This document shows, one piece after another, positions 19,357 to 30,584 of a stretch of DNA of 64,000 bases. The DNA comes from Spirochaetia bacterium (lineage in GTDB: Bacteria > Spirochaetota > Spirochaetia > SP-2023). Position numbers and translations under genes: made by a program. The stretch spans positions 192,001 through 256,000 of the forward strand of contig CBDDCK010000005.1 in NCBI GenBank assembly GCA_965225855.1, read 5' to 3'. Below the pieces are notes generated by a model that searched no databases, was not told where the DNA came from, and was given only the letters and a program-made list of their open reading frames with translations. Position 1 is the stretch's first letter; the number at the start of each line of letters is the position of its first letter.

Positions 19357-21933
19357 TCAATACCAAACCATGTAGCCAGGGCTGAGATTTCGCAATGAAT
19401 TTTCTTTGGGACAAACCCGAACACCTATTTCACTGCTTCGGATTTCTGAACAACTTAATTCAAAACCAAAAATACTGTTTTCTCCCTTTTGATCTTGTTT
19501 GCGTAACTCCATCTGAAACGAAGTACCCAAAGTATCGACACTGCCAATCACAATATCCTCATCGGCCCAAACATTGGGGCTAAGATACAGCTCTACAACC
19601 AAATCTTCTGGAGATAATTTTCCGTGTTCCACAGAAACCTCCACATCTAATTGATCATTGCTTTCATGAACCAGCTCTTCGCTATTTCTGTTATGCTGTT
19701 TTCCTTTTACAGAAAGCACTGGCGAGAAAATTCGTATATGCTTCATTTCGTTGAGAACTTTGTCTTTTGTCTCGCTGAATTTCTTTAAACCATGAGAATT
19801 ATTTTCGATCAATTCCTGATAGCGTGCCATTGCTGGTTTGTAATAACGGTTATAATATTCTCCCACCATACGATGGCTAGAGAATGCATGCAAACTGTGT
19901 TTAATCGCATTTTTCATATAGCGTACCCACAATGTCTGCAATCCATTCTCATGGAAATAATAAGCTGGGATAATCTCATTTTCCAAAGTCAAATAAAGAT
20001 TTTCGGCTTCCTCATTATCACGCTGATGTGGGTCGCAGCTTTTAGAGTTATCGATCTTCCAACCACAACTTTTGTTGTAGCCTTCTTCCCACCAACCATC
20101 GAGAATGGAAAAGTTCGGAACACCGTTCATAGCAGCTTTCATACCAGAAGTACCACTAGCTTCTTCTGGCCTAATTGGGTTATTCAACCATACATCGACA
20201 CCTTGAACCAACAAGCGCGCCACTTGAATATTATAATTGTCAAGGAAAATAAAGGCATGTTCTAAATTACGTTCTTTGGCAAAATTAATAATATTTTGAA
20301 TCAAGTGTTTACCGGGTTCATCAGCAGGATGAGCCTTACCGGCAAAAACAAATTGTACCGGCTGAGTTGAATTGGTAATAATACGTTCTAAACGATCTGG
20401 GTCGCGCAACAGCAATGTAGCCCGCTTATAAGTGGCAAAGCGACGAGCAAACCCTATGGTCAAAATCTCTGTAGACATTGTTTTGCGGAAACGGTGTGCC
20501 CGTTGTTGCATAATCATAAGGGCTTGTTCTGTGAGAATGGCTTTTGCTTGTTTATGTGCTTTCAGCAAGTCATAATCGGGAATACGATCAATATTTTTCA
20601 GCTCTTCTTCCGTCCAATCAGATCGCATTTCCCAGTTTGCCCCAAGATAAATACTAAACAAATTATGGTTAAATATAGAGACCCAAGAACTAGGGTGAAC
20701 CCCATTGGTAATCGCACCAATGGGAACTTCGCTTACGGATAATTCGGGCCAAACATTTTGCCACATATTCCGCGATACAGCACCGTGAAGCTGGCTTACT
20801 CCATTTGCATTGACAGCGCAACGCAACCCCAAAATTGTCATCGACAACTTAGAATTATCGTAGCCATTTGATTGCCCCATACCCATAAAGCGATCGATAT
20901 GTAATTCTGAATCATGTAGCACTCGTTCCAAATATGGACGGACTAAGCCGACATCAAATTCATCGTTACCTGCGGGAACAGGCGTATGCGTGGTAAAAAC
21001 ATTGGTCTGATGGTTTAATTCTACTGCTTGCTCCAACAGCAGATTGTAGCGTTTTTGTAAATCCAAAATACGTGCAATACTCAAAAAGGCAGAATGGCCT
21101 TCATTCATATGGCAAGCTTGAGGCAAATAGTTCATTTTGACTAAAGCATCATAACCACCAATACCTAAAAGCAATTCTTGGTGCAAGCGCATTGTGCGAT
21201 CGCCACCGTAAAGCTGGAAGGTAACTTTTCGCAATTCTGAGGAGTTCTCCACAATATCGGCATCCAGCAAATACAAAGAGATATTGCCAACACGCAGCTC
21301 CCAAACTTGGGCATGAAGAGTTTGTTCTAACAATGGAACGCTGACTTTCATTTGCTTGCCAGAAGCATCTTGTACTGGAAGAACGGGAATCATGTCAAAA
21401 TCGTTATTGGTATATTTTTCAACCTGCCAACCACTGGGATCAATGGTTTGGTTGAAATAACCTTGACGATAAAACAAACCAACACCTACTAGAGGAATCT
21501 TTAAATCACTGGCAGATTTTAAGTGATCGCCAGCTAAAACCCCCAAACCGCCAGAATACAATGGCAAACTTTCATGAATACCAAATTCCAAGCTAAAATA
21601 TGCAACACAGTTTCGTTTCGGGTCTATTTTCAATAATGGGGTTGTAATGCAATTATCAATATCTTTTTTATAAAGTTCACAAATCGCATTAAACAATGAC
21701 ATAAAATTTGAGTCGTTTACAATATCTTCTAAACGCTCATAATTGATGCGTTTTAAAAAGACTTTGGGTGCGTGTTTACAAGTCCACCATAATTCAGGGT
21801 CAATCATACGGAACAAATCAAATGCCCCGGGGTACCAACTCCATCTTGTATTATTTACCAGCTCTTCAAGCATTCTCAGTTGTTCTGGCAATTTCGGACG
21901 AACCATAATTCGTATAAAATTGGGTTGCTTCAT
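19357..21933 (-). CDS. glgP: Alpha-glucan (glycogen) phosphorylase
   Basis: YSGGLGVLAGDHLKSASDL, HMNEGH, ARRFATYKR, EASGTSGMK (PLP Lys). Confidence 0.95.
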   Translation of the reverse strand: MKQPNFIRIMVRPKLPEQLRMLEELVNNTRWSWYPGAFDLFRMIDPELWWTCKHAPKVFLKRINYERLEDIVNDSNFMSLFNAICELYKKDIDNCITTPLLKIDPKRNCVAYFSLEFGIHESLPLYSGGLGVLAGDHLKSASDLKIPLVGVGLFYRQGYFNQTIDPSGWQVEKYTNNDFDMIPVLPVQDASGKQMKVSVPLLEQTLHAQVWELRVGNISLYLLDADIVENSSELRKVTFQLYGGDRTMRLHQELLLGIGGYDALVKMNYLPQACHMNEGHSAFLSIARILDLQKRYNLLLEQAVELNHQTNVFTTHTPVPAGNDEFDVGLVRPYLERVLHDSELHIDRFMGMGQSNGYDNSKLSMTILGLRCAVNANGVSQLHGAVSRNMWQNVWPELSVSEVPIGAITNGVHPSSWVSIFNHNLFSIYLGANWEMRSDWTEEELKNIDRIPDYDLLKAHKQAKAILTEQALMIMQQRAHRFRKTMSTEILTIGFARRFATYKRATLLLRDPDRLERIITNSTQPVQFVFAGKAHPADEPGKHLIQNIINFAKERNLEHAFIFLDNYNIQVARLLVQGVDVWLNNPIRPEEASGTSGMKAAMNGVPNFSILDGWWEEGYNKSCGWKIDNSKSCDPHQRDNEEAENLYLTLENEIIPAYYFHENGLQTLWVRYMKNAIKHSLHAFSSHRMVGEYYNRYYKPAMARYQELIENNSHGLKKFSETKDKVLNEMKHIRIFSPVLSVKGKQHNRNSEELVHESNDQLDVEVSVEHGKLSPEDLVVELYLSPNVWADEDIVIGSVDTLGTSFQMELRKQDQKGENSIFGFELSCSEIRSSEIGVRVCPKENSLRNLSPGYMVWY

Positions 21934-22028
21934 TTTAATACTCCTCTCAAGTTAAAGCAAGTTTTTCGATATATCTGGTCAGACAATAGCAGAAAAAATA
22001 ATTATATTTATAACTGGTTTATACCACT

Positions 22029-22316
22029 TTATTCAACTATTAGCAGGCTATTCATTGAGCCTCGATCATTGTAAATAAAGTCTTCGTTTTTAGCATCAAC
22101 AATCCAAACACCATTGACAATGAATTTATATTCATATTGTCCTGGTGGAAGCTTTTTCGTCTTTATGAAGTATCCCTTTTTTTCATGGTATTTCATTTCA
22201 TCTGGTTTCCAATCATTAAAATTTCCTGCAATATGAACAGTGCTACTCGGCTCTTCATCTAATGTAAACTCAACCCGTTTTTTAGGGGACTTTTGTTCCA
22301 AGTTTGATTGAGACAT
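22029..22316 (-). CDS. Glycogen-binding CBM48/AMPK-beta-like domain protein
   Basis: VHIAGNFNDW, LPPGQYEYKFIVNGVW; AGGAG RBS; adjacent to glgP. Confidence 0.85.
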   Translation of the reverse strand: MSQSNLEQKSPKKRVEFTLDEEPSSTVHIAGNFNDWKPDEMKYHEKKGYFIKTKKLPPGQYEYKFIVNGVWIVDAKNEDFIYNDRGSMNSLLIVE

Positions 22317-22701
22317 ACGAACTCCTAGAAAATTTAATTGCCAAACAATCAAATTTGCATTCTATAATGTAAAATATGATTTTAAGTAAAATTGAACAGA
22401 GTCTAATCTTGTTTAAAATCAAAATATTTTAGCGATAATACCAAAAAATATTTATAGGTCAAGCTATTGACACAAATACCGAATTATGGAGACAAAAGAT
22501 GGTATAACCCATTTTTAGGCGGGATTATGGTATTATCGCTGAAGTCGGGGGAAAATAGAAAAGTTTGAGGTGCAGAATTGTTAGCAAGATTTTTATGCTA
22601 AAATTCTTTATAATTTTGTCTAGGCAACAAGATTAAAATTTAGCCATTGCTTAGACGATTGATAAACAAATATAAACGTTTTATTAAGGGATAAAATTAG
22701 T

Positions 22702-23964
22702 ATGAAAATGGTTTTTGGGTATATCGATCCCGGTACGGGAAGTTTGTTATTTTCAGCTTTAGTTGGCTTGAGTATTTCATTTATTTATAGTTTGAAAGGC
22801 TTTTTTTATTCGTTATTGAGCCGTATTGTGGGTAAAAAAATTGGCTTGGTGCCGAAATTTTCTGGTCAATTGGTATTTTATTCTGAAGGAGCTCAGTATT
22901 GGAAAGTATTTCAACCTGTACTGCAGGCGCTTTTACAGAAAGAAAAAAGCTTTGTTTTTCTTACTTCTGATGCTAAAGACCCAGCAATTGAATATTTACA
23001 AGAGCATAATTCGGCACAAGCTCACTGTATCGGTTTATTGCCTCATGCAATACCTTTTTTGAATCGGCTTGAAGCAGATGTTGTAGTTTTGACGACACCA
23101 CAATTGGGGGTGCTACAACTCAAGCGCTCGCCGGTGGTTAGGCATTATTGCCATCTGCTACATGCCCCCATAGATATTCACAGTTATGAATTTTTTGCAT
23201 TTGATGAATTTGACTCTGTACTATGTTCGAGCAAGTTCCAGATAGAAAACTTGTTGTTTTTAGAAGAAAAACGCCCCTTAAACAAAAAGAAGCAACTGTT
23301 TGAGACTGGCTGTACTTATTACGATGAAATGACTAGCGAAAATCAAACCGAAGACAAGTTAGTTCTTTATGCACCTACATGGGGAGAAAAATCTTCTCTA
23401 TCGGTAGCGGAGAATATGATGCAAAAATTGATTGCTGAAGGATACCAAGTTTTATTCCGCCCACATCCGCAGTCTTTTGTTTCAGACAAAGAAATATTGG
23501 ATAGGCTTTGTTTGCAGTTTCAGAATGCAGAAAATTGGTTTCTGGATAGTAACAAAACTTTTACAGAGGCCTTCTCGCGCTGTGCTATAATGATTTGCGA
23601 CTTATCTGGTATAATATACGATTTTGCATTTCTGTATCAAAAACCTATTTTTGCTTTTAATACCTCTAGTAATCTAAAACTAGGTTATGAAGCATATTAC
23701 TTAGAACAGGAACTTTCGGCTATTTCATTATTGCAAACTACAGGGGGTGAATTGTTGGAAATTAACGATATAGCAAATATTATGGCTCGGCTTTCTACCG
23801 TGAATATAGTCAAAAAATCTACAATGGCAGAACCAACCAAAGAACCGCCGAAGTATATTACCCAATATGTGTATAATTTTGGCAATGCTGGAGTTGTTGC
23901 TGCCGAGCAAATCCTCTCTTTAGTAGCTACCTTTCCTAAAACTATTTTACGGCAACAAACTTGA
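22702..23964 (+). CDS. CDP-glycerol glycerophosphotransferase (TagF-like) family protein
   Basis: VLYAPTWG, FRPHP, MICDLSGIIYDFAFLYQKP; N-terminal YIDPGTGS-TM segment. Confidence 0.8.
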   Translation: MKMVFGYIDPGTGSLLFSALVGLSISFIYSLKGFFYSLLSRIVGKKIGLVPKFSGQLVFYSEGAQYWKVFQPVLQALLQKEKSFVFLTSDAKDPAIEYLQEHNSAQAHCIGLLPHAIPFLNRLEADVVVLTTPQLGVLQLKRSPVVRHYCHLLHAPIDIHSYEFFAFDEFDSVLCSSKFQIENLLFLEEKRPLNKKKQLFETGCTYYDEMTSENQTEDKLVLYAPTWGEKSSLSVAENMMQKLIAEGYQVLFRPHPQSFVSDKEILDRLCLQFQNAENWFLDSNKTFTEAFSRCAIMICDLSGIIYDFAFLYQKPIFAFNTSSNLKLGYEAYYLEQELSAISLLQTTGGELLEINDIANIMARLSTVNIVKKSTMAEPTKEPPKYITQYVYNFGNAGVVAAEQILSLVATFPKTILRQQT

Positions 23965-23998
23965 CTTGGCCAATAACTTACGGTATTTTTAGCGCACC

Positions 23999-26920
23999 AT
24001 GGGATATATTATTTTCCCTTTAAGCTATTCATTCCAGTTTGTTTTAGAAACATTTTATACGCTAACCCAAAATTATGGGCTAGCTATTATTTTCCTTGCC
24101 ATTTTGGTTAGCATTGTATTACTGCCATTGCAACTATGGGCCGACAAATTACAGCAAAAAGATTTAGACGAAAAAAATGCCATGCGCTGGGCTTTGGATT
24201 CAATTAGCCGTTTAGCCAATGCCCAAAAGAAATTTTATTGCACTAAGGAAATCTACCGTAGATACGGCTATAATCCGATAAAATCTTTACGCGGTTTAAT
24301 TGGCCTGTTGATTCAATTGCCATTTTTTTTAGCGGCCTACTTTATGCTGGGCAGCTTTAGCGATTTTTCGGGCCAAAGTTTCCTAATAATTAAAGATTTA
24401 GCCACTCCAGATGCTTTACTGAAAGGCTATAACTTTTTACCGCTATTCATGACTTTGGTAAATTTGCTATCGGCCGGTTTCTATTTACTCCCCAAAAACA
24501 ATGTAGACCGCTCTGCAATGGTATCTCAATTGCTTTTGCCAATGTTATTTTTGATGTTACTATACAATAAAAGCTCGGCACTGTTGTTGTATTGGACTTG
24601 TAATAATCTATTTTCACTGGCAAAGAATTATTGCCAGAGTAGGGCGATTATTACAGCCATTACTAAAGAAAAGCAAATTTTTAGTTTTAGATTCTGGACT
24701 AATTTTTGTGCCAATGTCGTCAGCCATAGATTTTGTTTACCGATAACAGTGGTTTTGTCTGGTATTTTATTGGCTTTATACGGCCTGATGGAAGACCGAC
24801 TCTATGCCCATAAACTAATGAAATTCAATTTATTGGTATTAGATGCTTTAATTGTAATAATTTTATACCAATATCGTGCACAATTAAAGAAAATACTTAC
24901 ACAGAACTTTGGCCAAATACAAGTGGTTATAGCCATTATTTTGCTGTTCAATTTAGTAGCATTTCATTTGCATAAACTATTTGGCTTGGCTTTATTTACA
25001 TTAACCAATGATATACCTAGCTTAGTATTCAGCCAAATATTGGCTTTATTGCTAATAAGAAATATATTAATACCCCCCAGTATTGCCTACCGGTTATTTT
25101 ATCAATTCAGAGATACTATAAAGTCTTTGCTTTCATTTGAAATAAAAGGCGGTTGTTATATTATCGGGGTATTTTTGCTACAAATATTTTTATATACCCC
25201 AGCAATCATATATTTCAAAGCACCTTTGGATTTTGGCCAAATAGAATTTCATATTGTTTTATGGTATTTTATAAGCTGTATTTCCATAACCATATTGCTA
25301 TCCAGATATATCAGTAAATGGTGGTTGGGCGCATCATCTATGAAAAAGCATATTAAAAATTTTTGTTTGATTGCCATTGTATTTATTACCATGGTGAATT
25401 TCTTTTATGGCTATATTTACCAGCTAGATTTAGGCATTATTCGAGGGTTGCGCTTTGTCAATGAAAAAGCATTGACTGAATTGCCAAAATCTACATTGAT
25501 TTTGGAGCTTATTTTATTGTGTGTTGCTTTTTTGTTGTTCATTCGATTCGGGGGTTTTGTTGCGAAATTTTCCCGCCATATATCATTGACTATTGGCTCG
25601 ATTGGTTTGGTATTGCTGGCCAATGTATGGCTACAAAATATTGACGAAATCAAAAAATCTTTTGCCCCGCAAGAGATTGTAGCGAGTGAACAACAAAATT
25701 CACTAGATAAAACGATAGCCAATTATTTTGCAGACAATTATGAAGTATTTAATTTTTCTAAAGAAAAGAATATTTTGGTTTTGATTTTTGATGCGTTTCC
25801 TGCCAATATGTTAGAAGATATTTTCAAGCAAAACCCAGAAATAAAGAAAGGTTTAGATGGATTTGTTTGGTATAAAAATACCGTTTCTACTGGGAGTGCT
25901 ACGATGAACAGTATTAATGCAATGACTGGAGGACCAGAATATATTATTTCTAAAATTAATAAGAAACCAAATCATGATCTTACAATTCAAGAGTTAACTA
26001 CAAAGAATTGGGCAAATTTATATAACGCAGTAGGTGCTGAAAAAGATGGATATGCTTTATCTACAAATGAACATGTCTCTTATAAATCTCAATTATTATT
26101 TAATTTATATCTAAATAATTCTGTTAATATGCTTAAAAAGCTAAAGATTAAAGGGGAATCATCTTCTAGCCAAAGATTTTTATTTGGTGTTTCTGTGTTT
26201 AAACTCTCCCCAATTTTTTTAAAACGAAAAATATATAATGGTGGCTATTGGAGAGGATTTGTTAGTTTGTTTCCTTCAGATTATTCTGAATATGTTTTGT
26301 TTGAAAATATGGCGCAAAACTTGTCATATACTAGCTCAAAGCCAACTTTTAAATATTTTTGGACAAGTTTAACACATACTCCATATCATATCAACAAAGA
26401 TGGTCAATGGATTATGTCTCAAGACTTAAAGCAAAAGCAAGATTTTAATCCAAATTCAGATCAAAGTAAAAAGTTTACAATGAAATATGCAATACAAAAA
26501 ATTATAGAGATTGTTCAGGCATTTAAAGATAATGATATATACAACCAAACCAAAATTATTGTGGCTTCCGATCACGGTGGAGCAGAAAAAGATTGGAATG
26601 ATTGGGCCTTATATTCTTTAATGATGGTCAAAGATTTTGATTCTATTGGGAAATTTGAGGTCTCGGACATTCCCATTTCAAACGCCGATATTCCGGCCAT
26701 GATTGGTACGGGTATTGACCCAACTGGCAAGTTTAATACTGAAAATAACTTTGGTACCGATTACACCAAAGAGCCCGATATGGACAGAATATTAGAATAT
26801 CATATTGTAACTGGAGAAGTAGATTACAAGCGAGATACAAAATACCCTGCTGGTAAAATAATTTCCATTCAGGGCGACCCTTATAATAGGGATAATTGGC
26901 AAGTGGCAGAATTTGAGTAA
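23999..26920 (+). CDS. YidC/Oxa1-like domain fused to an LtaS/EptA-like (sulfatase-fold) domain, copy 1
   Basis: YidC core (NYGLAII..LLPL, LLIQLPFF, ALLLYWTCNNLFS); multi-TM middle; NILVLIFD, STGSAT, THTPY, IIVASDHG. Confidence 0.85.
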   Translation: MGYIIFPLSYSFQFVLETFYTLTQNYGLAIIFLAILVSIVLLPLQLWADKLQQKDLDEKNAMRWALDSISRLANAQKKFYCTKEIYRRYGYNPIKSLRGLIGLLIQLPFFLAAYFMLGSFSDFSGQSFLIIKDLATPDALLKGYNFLPLFMTLVNLLSAGFYLLPKNNVDRSAMVSQLLLPMLFLMLLYNKSSALLLYWTCNNLFSLAKNYCQSRAIITAITKEKQIFSFRFWTNFCANVVSHRFCLPITVVLSGILLALYGLMEDRLYAHKLMKFNLLVLDALIVIILYQYRAQLKKILTQNFGQIQVVIAIILLFNLVAFHLHKLFGLALFTLTNDIPSLVFSQILALLLIRNILIPPSIAYRLFYQFRDTIKSLLSFEIKGGCYIIGVFLLQIFLYTPAIIYFKAPLDFGQIEFHIVLWYFISCISITILLSRYISKWWLGASSMKKHIKNFCLIAIVFITMVNFFYGYIYQLDLGIIRGLRFVNEKALTELPKSTLILELILLCVAFLLFIRFGGFVAKFSRHISLTIGSIGLVLLANVWLQNIDEIKKSFAPQEIVASEQQNSLDKTIANYFADNYEVFNFSKEKNILVLIFDAFPANMLEDIFKQNPEIKKGLDGFVWYKNTVSTGSATMNSINAMTGGPEYIISKINKKPNHDLTIQELTTKNWANLYNAVGAEKDGYALSTNEHVSYKSQLLFNLYLNNSVNMLKKLKIKGESSSSQRFLFGVSVFKLSPIFLKRKIYNGGYWRGFVSLFPSDYSEYVLFENMAQNLSYTSSKPTFKYFWTSLTHTPYHINKDGQWIMSQDLKQKQDFNPNSDQSKKFTMKYAIQKIIEIVQAFKDNDIYNQTKIIVASDHGGAEKDWNDWALYSLMMVKDFDSIGKFEVSDIPISNADIPAMIGTGIDPTGKFNTENNFGTDYTKEPDMDRILEYHIVTGEVDYKRDTKYPAGKIISIQGDPYNRDNWQVAEFE

Positions 26921-26957
26921 GTTTTTATTTCCATTTGCCAAAAAATGCCCTATATTA

Positions 26958-27257
26958 TCTAGTAATCTAAAACTAGGTTATGAAGCATATTACTTAGAAC
27001 AGGAACTTTCGGCTATTTCATTATTGCAAACTACAGGGGGTGAATTGTTGGAAATTAACGATATAGCAAATATTATGGCTCGGCTTTCTACCGTGAATAT
27101 AGTCAAAAAATCTACAATGGCAGAACCAACCAAAGAACCGCCGAAGTATATTACCCAATATGTGTATAATTTTGGCAATGCTGGAGTTGTTGCTGCCGAG
27201 CAAATCCTCTCTTTAGTAGCTACCTTTCCTAAAACTATTTTACGGCAACAAACTTGA
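26958..27257 (+). pseudogene. Duplicated 3' end of the TagF-like gene
   Basis: Same sequence as 23665-23964; lacks the 5' part. Confidence 0.8.
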
Positions 27258-27291
27258 CTTGGCCAATAACTTACGGTATTTTTAGCGCACC

Positions 27292-30213
27292 ATGGGATAT
27301 ATTATTTTCCCTTTAAGCCATTCATTCCAGTTTGTTTTAGAAACATTTTATATGCTAACCCAAAATTATGGGCTAGCTATTATGCTATTGTCTGGTTTGG
27401 TTTCTGTTTTATTGCTGCCGTTACAATTGTGGGCCGACAAACTGCAACAAAAAGATTTCAACGAAAAAGACGCCATGCGCTGGGCTTTGGATTCAATTAG
27501 CCGTTTAGCCAATGCCCAAAAGAAATTTTATTACACCCATTATATTTATAAAAAATATAAATATCGCCCAATAAAATCTTTACGCAGTTTAATTGGCCTG
27601 TTGATTCAATTGCCATTTTTTTTAGCGGCCTACTTTATGCTGGGCAGCTTTAGCGATTTTTCGGGCCAAAGTTTCCTAATAATTAAAGATTTAGCCACTC
27701 CAGATGCTTTACTGAAAGGCTATAACTTTTTACCGCTATTCATGACTTTGGTAAATTTGCTATCGGCCGGTTTCTATTTACTCCCCAAAAACAATGTAGA
27801 CCGCTCTGCAATGGTATCTCAATTGCTTTTGCCAATGTTATTTTTGATGTTACTATACAATAAAAGCTCGGCACTGTTGTTGTATTGGACTTGTAATAAT
27901 CTATTTTCACTGGCAAAGAATTATTGCCAGAGTAGGGCGATTATTACAGCCATTACTAAAGAAAAGCAAATTTTTAGTTTTAGATTCTGGACTAATTTTT
28001 GTGCCAATGTCGTCAGCCATAGATTTTGTTTACCGATAACAGTGGTTTTGTCTGGTATTTTATTGGCTTTATACGGCCTGATGGAAGACCGACTCTATGC
28101 CCATAAACTAATGAAATTCAATTTATTGGTATTAGATGCTTTAATTGTAATAATTTTATACCAATATCGTGCACAATTAAAGAAAATACTTACACAGAAC
28201 TTTGGCCAAATACAAGTGGTTATAGCCATTATTTTGCTGTTCAATTTAGTAGCATTTCATTTGCATAAACTATTTGGCTTGGCTTTATTTACATTAACCA
28301 ATGATATACCTAGCTTAGTATTCAGCCAAATATTGGCTTTATTGCTAATAAGAAATATATTAATACCCCCCAGTATTGCCTACCGGTTATTTTATCAATT
28401 TAAAGATACTATCGAATCCTTATTGTCATTTGAAATAAAAGGTGGCTCTTATATTATTGGGGTATTTTTGCTACAAATATTTTTATATACCCCAGCAATC
28501 ATATATTTCAAAGCACCTTTGGATTTTGGCCAAATAGAATTTCATATTGTTTTATGGTATTTTATAAGCTGTATTTCCATAACCATATTGCTATCCAGAT
28601 ATATCAGTAAATGGTGGTTGGGCGCATCATCTATGAAAAAGCATATTAAAAATTTTTGTTTGATTGCCATTGTATTTATTACCATGGTGAATTTCTTTTA
28701 TGGCTATATTTACCAGCTAGATTTAGGCATTATTCGAGGGTTGCGCTTTGTCAATGAAAAAGCATTGACTGAATTGCCAAAATCTACATTGATTTTGGAG
28801 CTTATTTTATTGTGTGTTGCTTTTTTGTTGTTCATTCGATTCGGGGGTTTTGTTGCGAAATTTTCCCGCCATATATCATTGACTATTGGCTCGATTGGTT
28901 TGGTATTGCTGGCCAATGTATGGCTACAAAATATTGACGAAATCAAAAAATCTTTTGCCCCGCAAGAGATTGTAGCGAGTGAACAACAAAATTCACTAGA
29001 TAAAACGATAGCCAATTATTTTGCAGACAATTATGAAGTATTTAATTTTTCTAAAGAAAAAAATATTTTGGTATTAGTTTTTGATGCCTTTGCAGCCAAC
29101 ATGTTAGAAGATATTTTCAAGCAAAACCCAGAAATAAAAAATGGTTTAGATGGATTTGTTTGGTATAAAAATACCGTTTCTACTGGGAGTGCTACGATGA
29201 ACAGTATTAATGCAATGACTGGAGGACCAGATTATACTGTTTCTAAAATTAACAAGAAACCGTATCATGAGCTTACACTTCAAGAATTAATTACAAAGAA
29301 TTTTGCGAATTTATCTAATTCTATAAATACATATGGTGAATATAATTCATCTATGTTCTATGGAGCTGTTCCCTATGCATCTAGGGAATTATTGAAATTA
29401 TATCTAAATAATTCTGTTAATATGCTTAAAAAGCTAAAGATTAAAGGGGAATCATCTTCTAGCCAAAGATTTTTATTTGGTGTTTCTGTGTTTAAACTCT
29501 CCCCAATTTTTTTAAAACGAAAAATATATAATGGTGGCTATTGGAGAGGATTTGTTAGTTTGTTTCCTTCAGATTATTCTGAATATGTTTTGTTTGAAAA
29601 TATGGCGCAAAACTTGTCATATACTAGCTCAAAGCCAACTTTTAAATATTTTTGGACAAGTTTAACACATACTCCATATCATATCAACAAAGATGGTCAA
29701 TGGATTATGTCTCAAGACTTAAAGCAAAAGCAAGATTTTAATCCAAATTCAGATCAAAGTAAAAAGTTTACAATGAAATATGCAATACAAAAAATTATAG
29801 AGATTGTTCAGGCATTTAAAGATAATGATATATACAACCAAACCAAAATTATTGTGGCTTCCGATCACGGTGGAGCAGAAAAAGATTGGAATGATTGGGC
29901 CTTATATTCTTTAATGATGGTCAAAGATTTTGATTCTATTGGGAAATTTGAGGTCTCGGACATTCCCATTTCAAACGCCGATATTCCGGCCATGATTGGT
30001 ACGGGTATTGACCCAACTGGCAAGTTTAATACTGAAAATAACTTTGGTACCGATTACACCAAAGAGCCCGATATGGACAGAATATTAGAATATCATATTG
30101 TAACTGGAGAAGTAGATTACAAGCGAGATACAAAATACCCTGCTGGTAAAATAATTTCCATTCAGGGCGACCCTTATAATAGGGATAATTGGCAAGTGGC
30201 AGAATTTGAGTAA
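27292..30213 (+). CDS. YidC-like / LtaS-like fusion, copy 2
   Basis: 973 aa; differs from copy 1 in discrete patches. Confidence 0.85.
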   Translation: MGYIIFPLSHSFQFVLETFYMLTQNYGLAIMLLSGLVSVLLLPLQLWADKLQQKDFNEKDAMRWALDSISRLANAQKKFYYTHYIYKKYKYRPIKSLRSLIGLLIQLPFFLAAYFMLGSFSDFSGQSFLIIKDLATPDALLKGYNFLPLFMTLVNLLSAGFYLLPKNNVDRSAMVSQLLLPMLFLMLLYNKSSALLLYWTCNNLFSLAKNYCQSRAIITAITKEKQIFSFRFWTNFCANVVSHRFCLPITVVLSGILLALYGLMEDRLYAHKLMKFNLLVLDALIVIILYQYRAQLKKILTQNFGQIQVVIAIILLFNLVAFHLHKLFGLALFTLTNDIPSLVFSQILALLLIRNILIPPSIAYRLFYQFKDTIESLLSFEIKGGSYIIGVFLLQIFLYTPAIIYFKAPLDFGQIEFHIVLWYFISCISITILLSRYISKWWLGASSMKKHIKNFCLIAIVFITMVNFFYGYIYQLDLGIIRGLRFVNEKALTELPKSTLILELILLCVAFLLFIRFGGFVAKFSRHISLTIGSIGLVLLANVWLQNIDEIKKSFAPQEIVASEQQNSLDKTIANYFADNYEVFNFSKEKNILVLVFDAFAANMLEDIFKQNPEIKNGLDGFVWYKNTVSTGSATMNSINAMTGGPDYTVSKINKKPYHELTLQELITKNFANLSNSINTYGEYNSSMFYGAVPYASRELLKLYLNNSVNMLKKLKIKGESSSSQRFLFGVSVFKLSPIFLKRKIYNGGYWRGFVSLFPSDYSEYVLFENMAQNLSYTSSKPTFKYFWTSLTHTPYHINKDGQWIMSQDLKQKQDFNPNSDQSKKFTMKYAIQKIIEIVQAFKDNDIYNQTKIIVASDHGGAEKDWNDWALYSLMMVKDFDSIGKFEVSDIPISNADIPAMIGTGIDPTGKFNTENNFGTDYTKEPDMDRILEYHIVTGEVDYKRDTKYPAGKIISIQGDPYNRDNWQVAEFE

Positions 30214-30250
30214 GTTTTTATTTCCATTTGCCAAAAAATGCCCTATATTA

Positions 30251-30550
30251 TCTAGTAATCTAAAACTAGGTTATGAAGCATATTACTTAGAACAGGAACT
30301 TTCGGCTATTTCATTATTGCAAACTACAGGGGGTGAATTGTTGGAAATTAACGATATAGCAAATATTATGGCTCGGCTTTCTACCGTGAATATAGTCAAA
30401 AAATCTACAATGGCAGAACCAACCAAAGAACCGCCGAAGTATATTACCCAATATGTGTATAATTTTGGCAATGCTGGAGTTGTTGCTGCCGAGCAAATCC
30501 TCTCTTTAGTAGCTACCTTTCCTAAAACTATTTTACGGCAACAAACTTGA
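30251..30550 (+). pseudogene. Second duplicated 3' end of the TagF-like gene
   Basis: Same sequence as 23665-23964. Confidence 0.8.
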
Positions 30551-30584
30551 CTTGGCCAATAACTTACGGTATTTTTAGCGCACC

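Noticed and set aside
26913..27257. 114-aa ORFs at 26913 and 30206 as real genes
   Set aside because: They are junction chimeras with a TTG start inside the previous gene fused to the duplicated 3' end of the TagF-like gene
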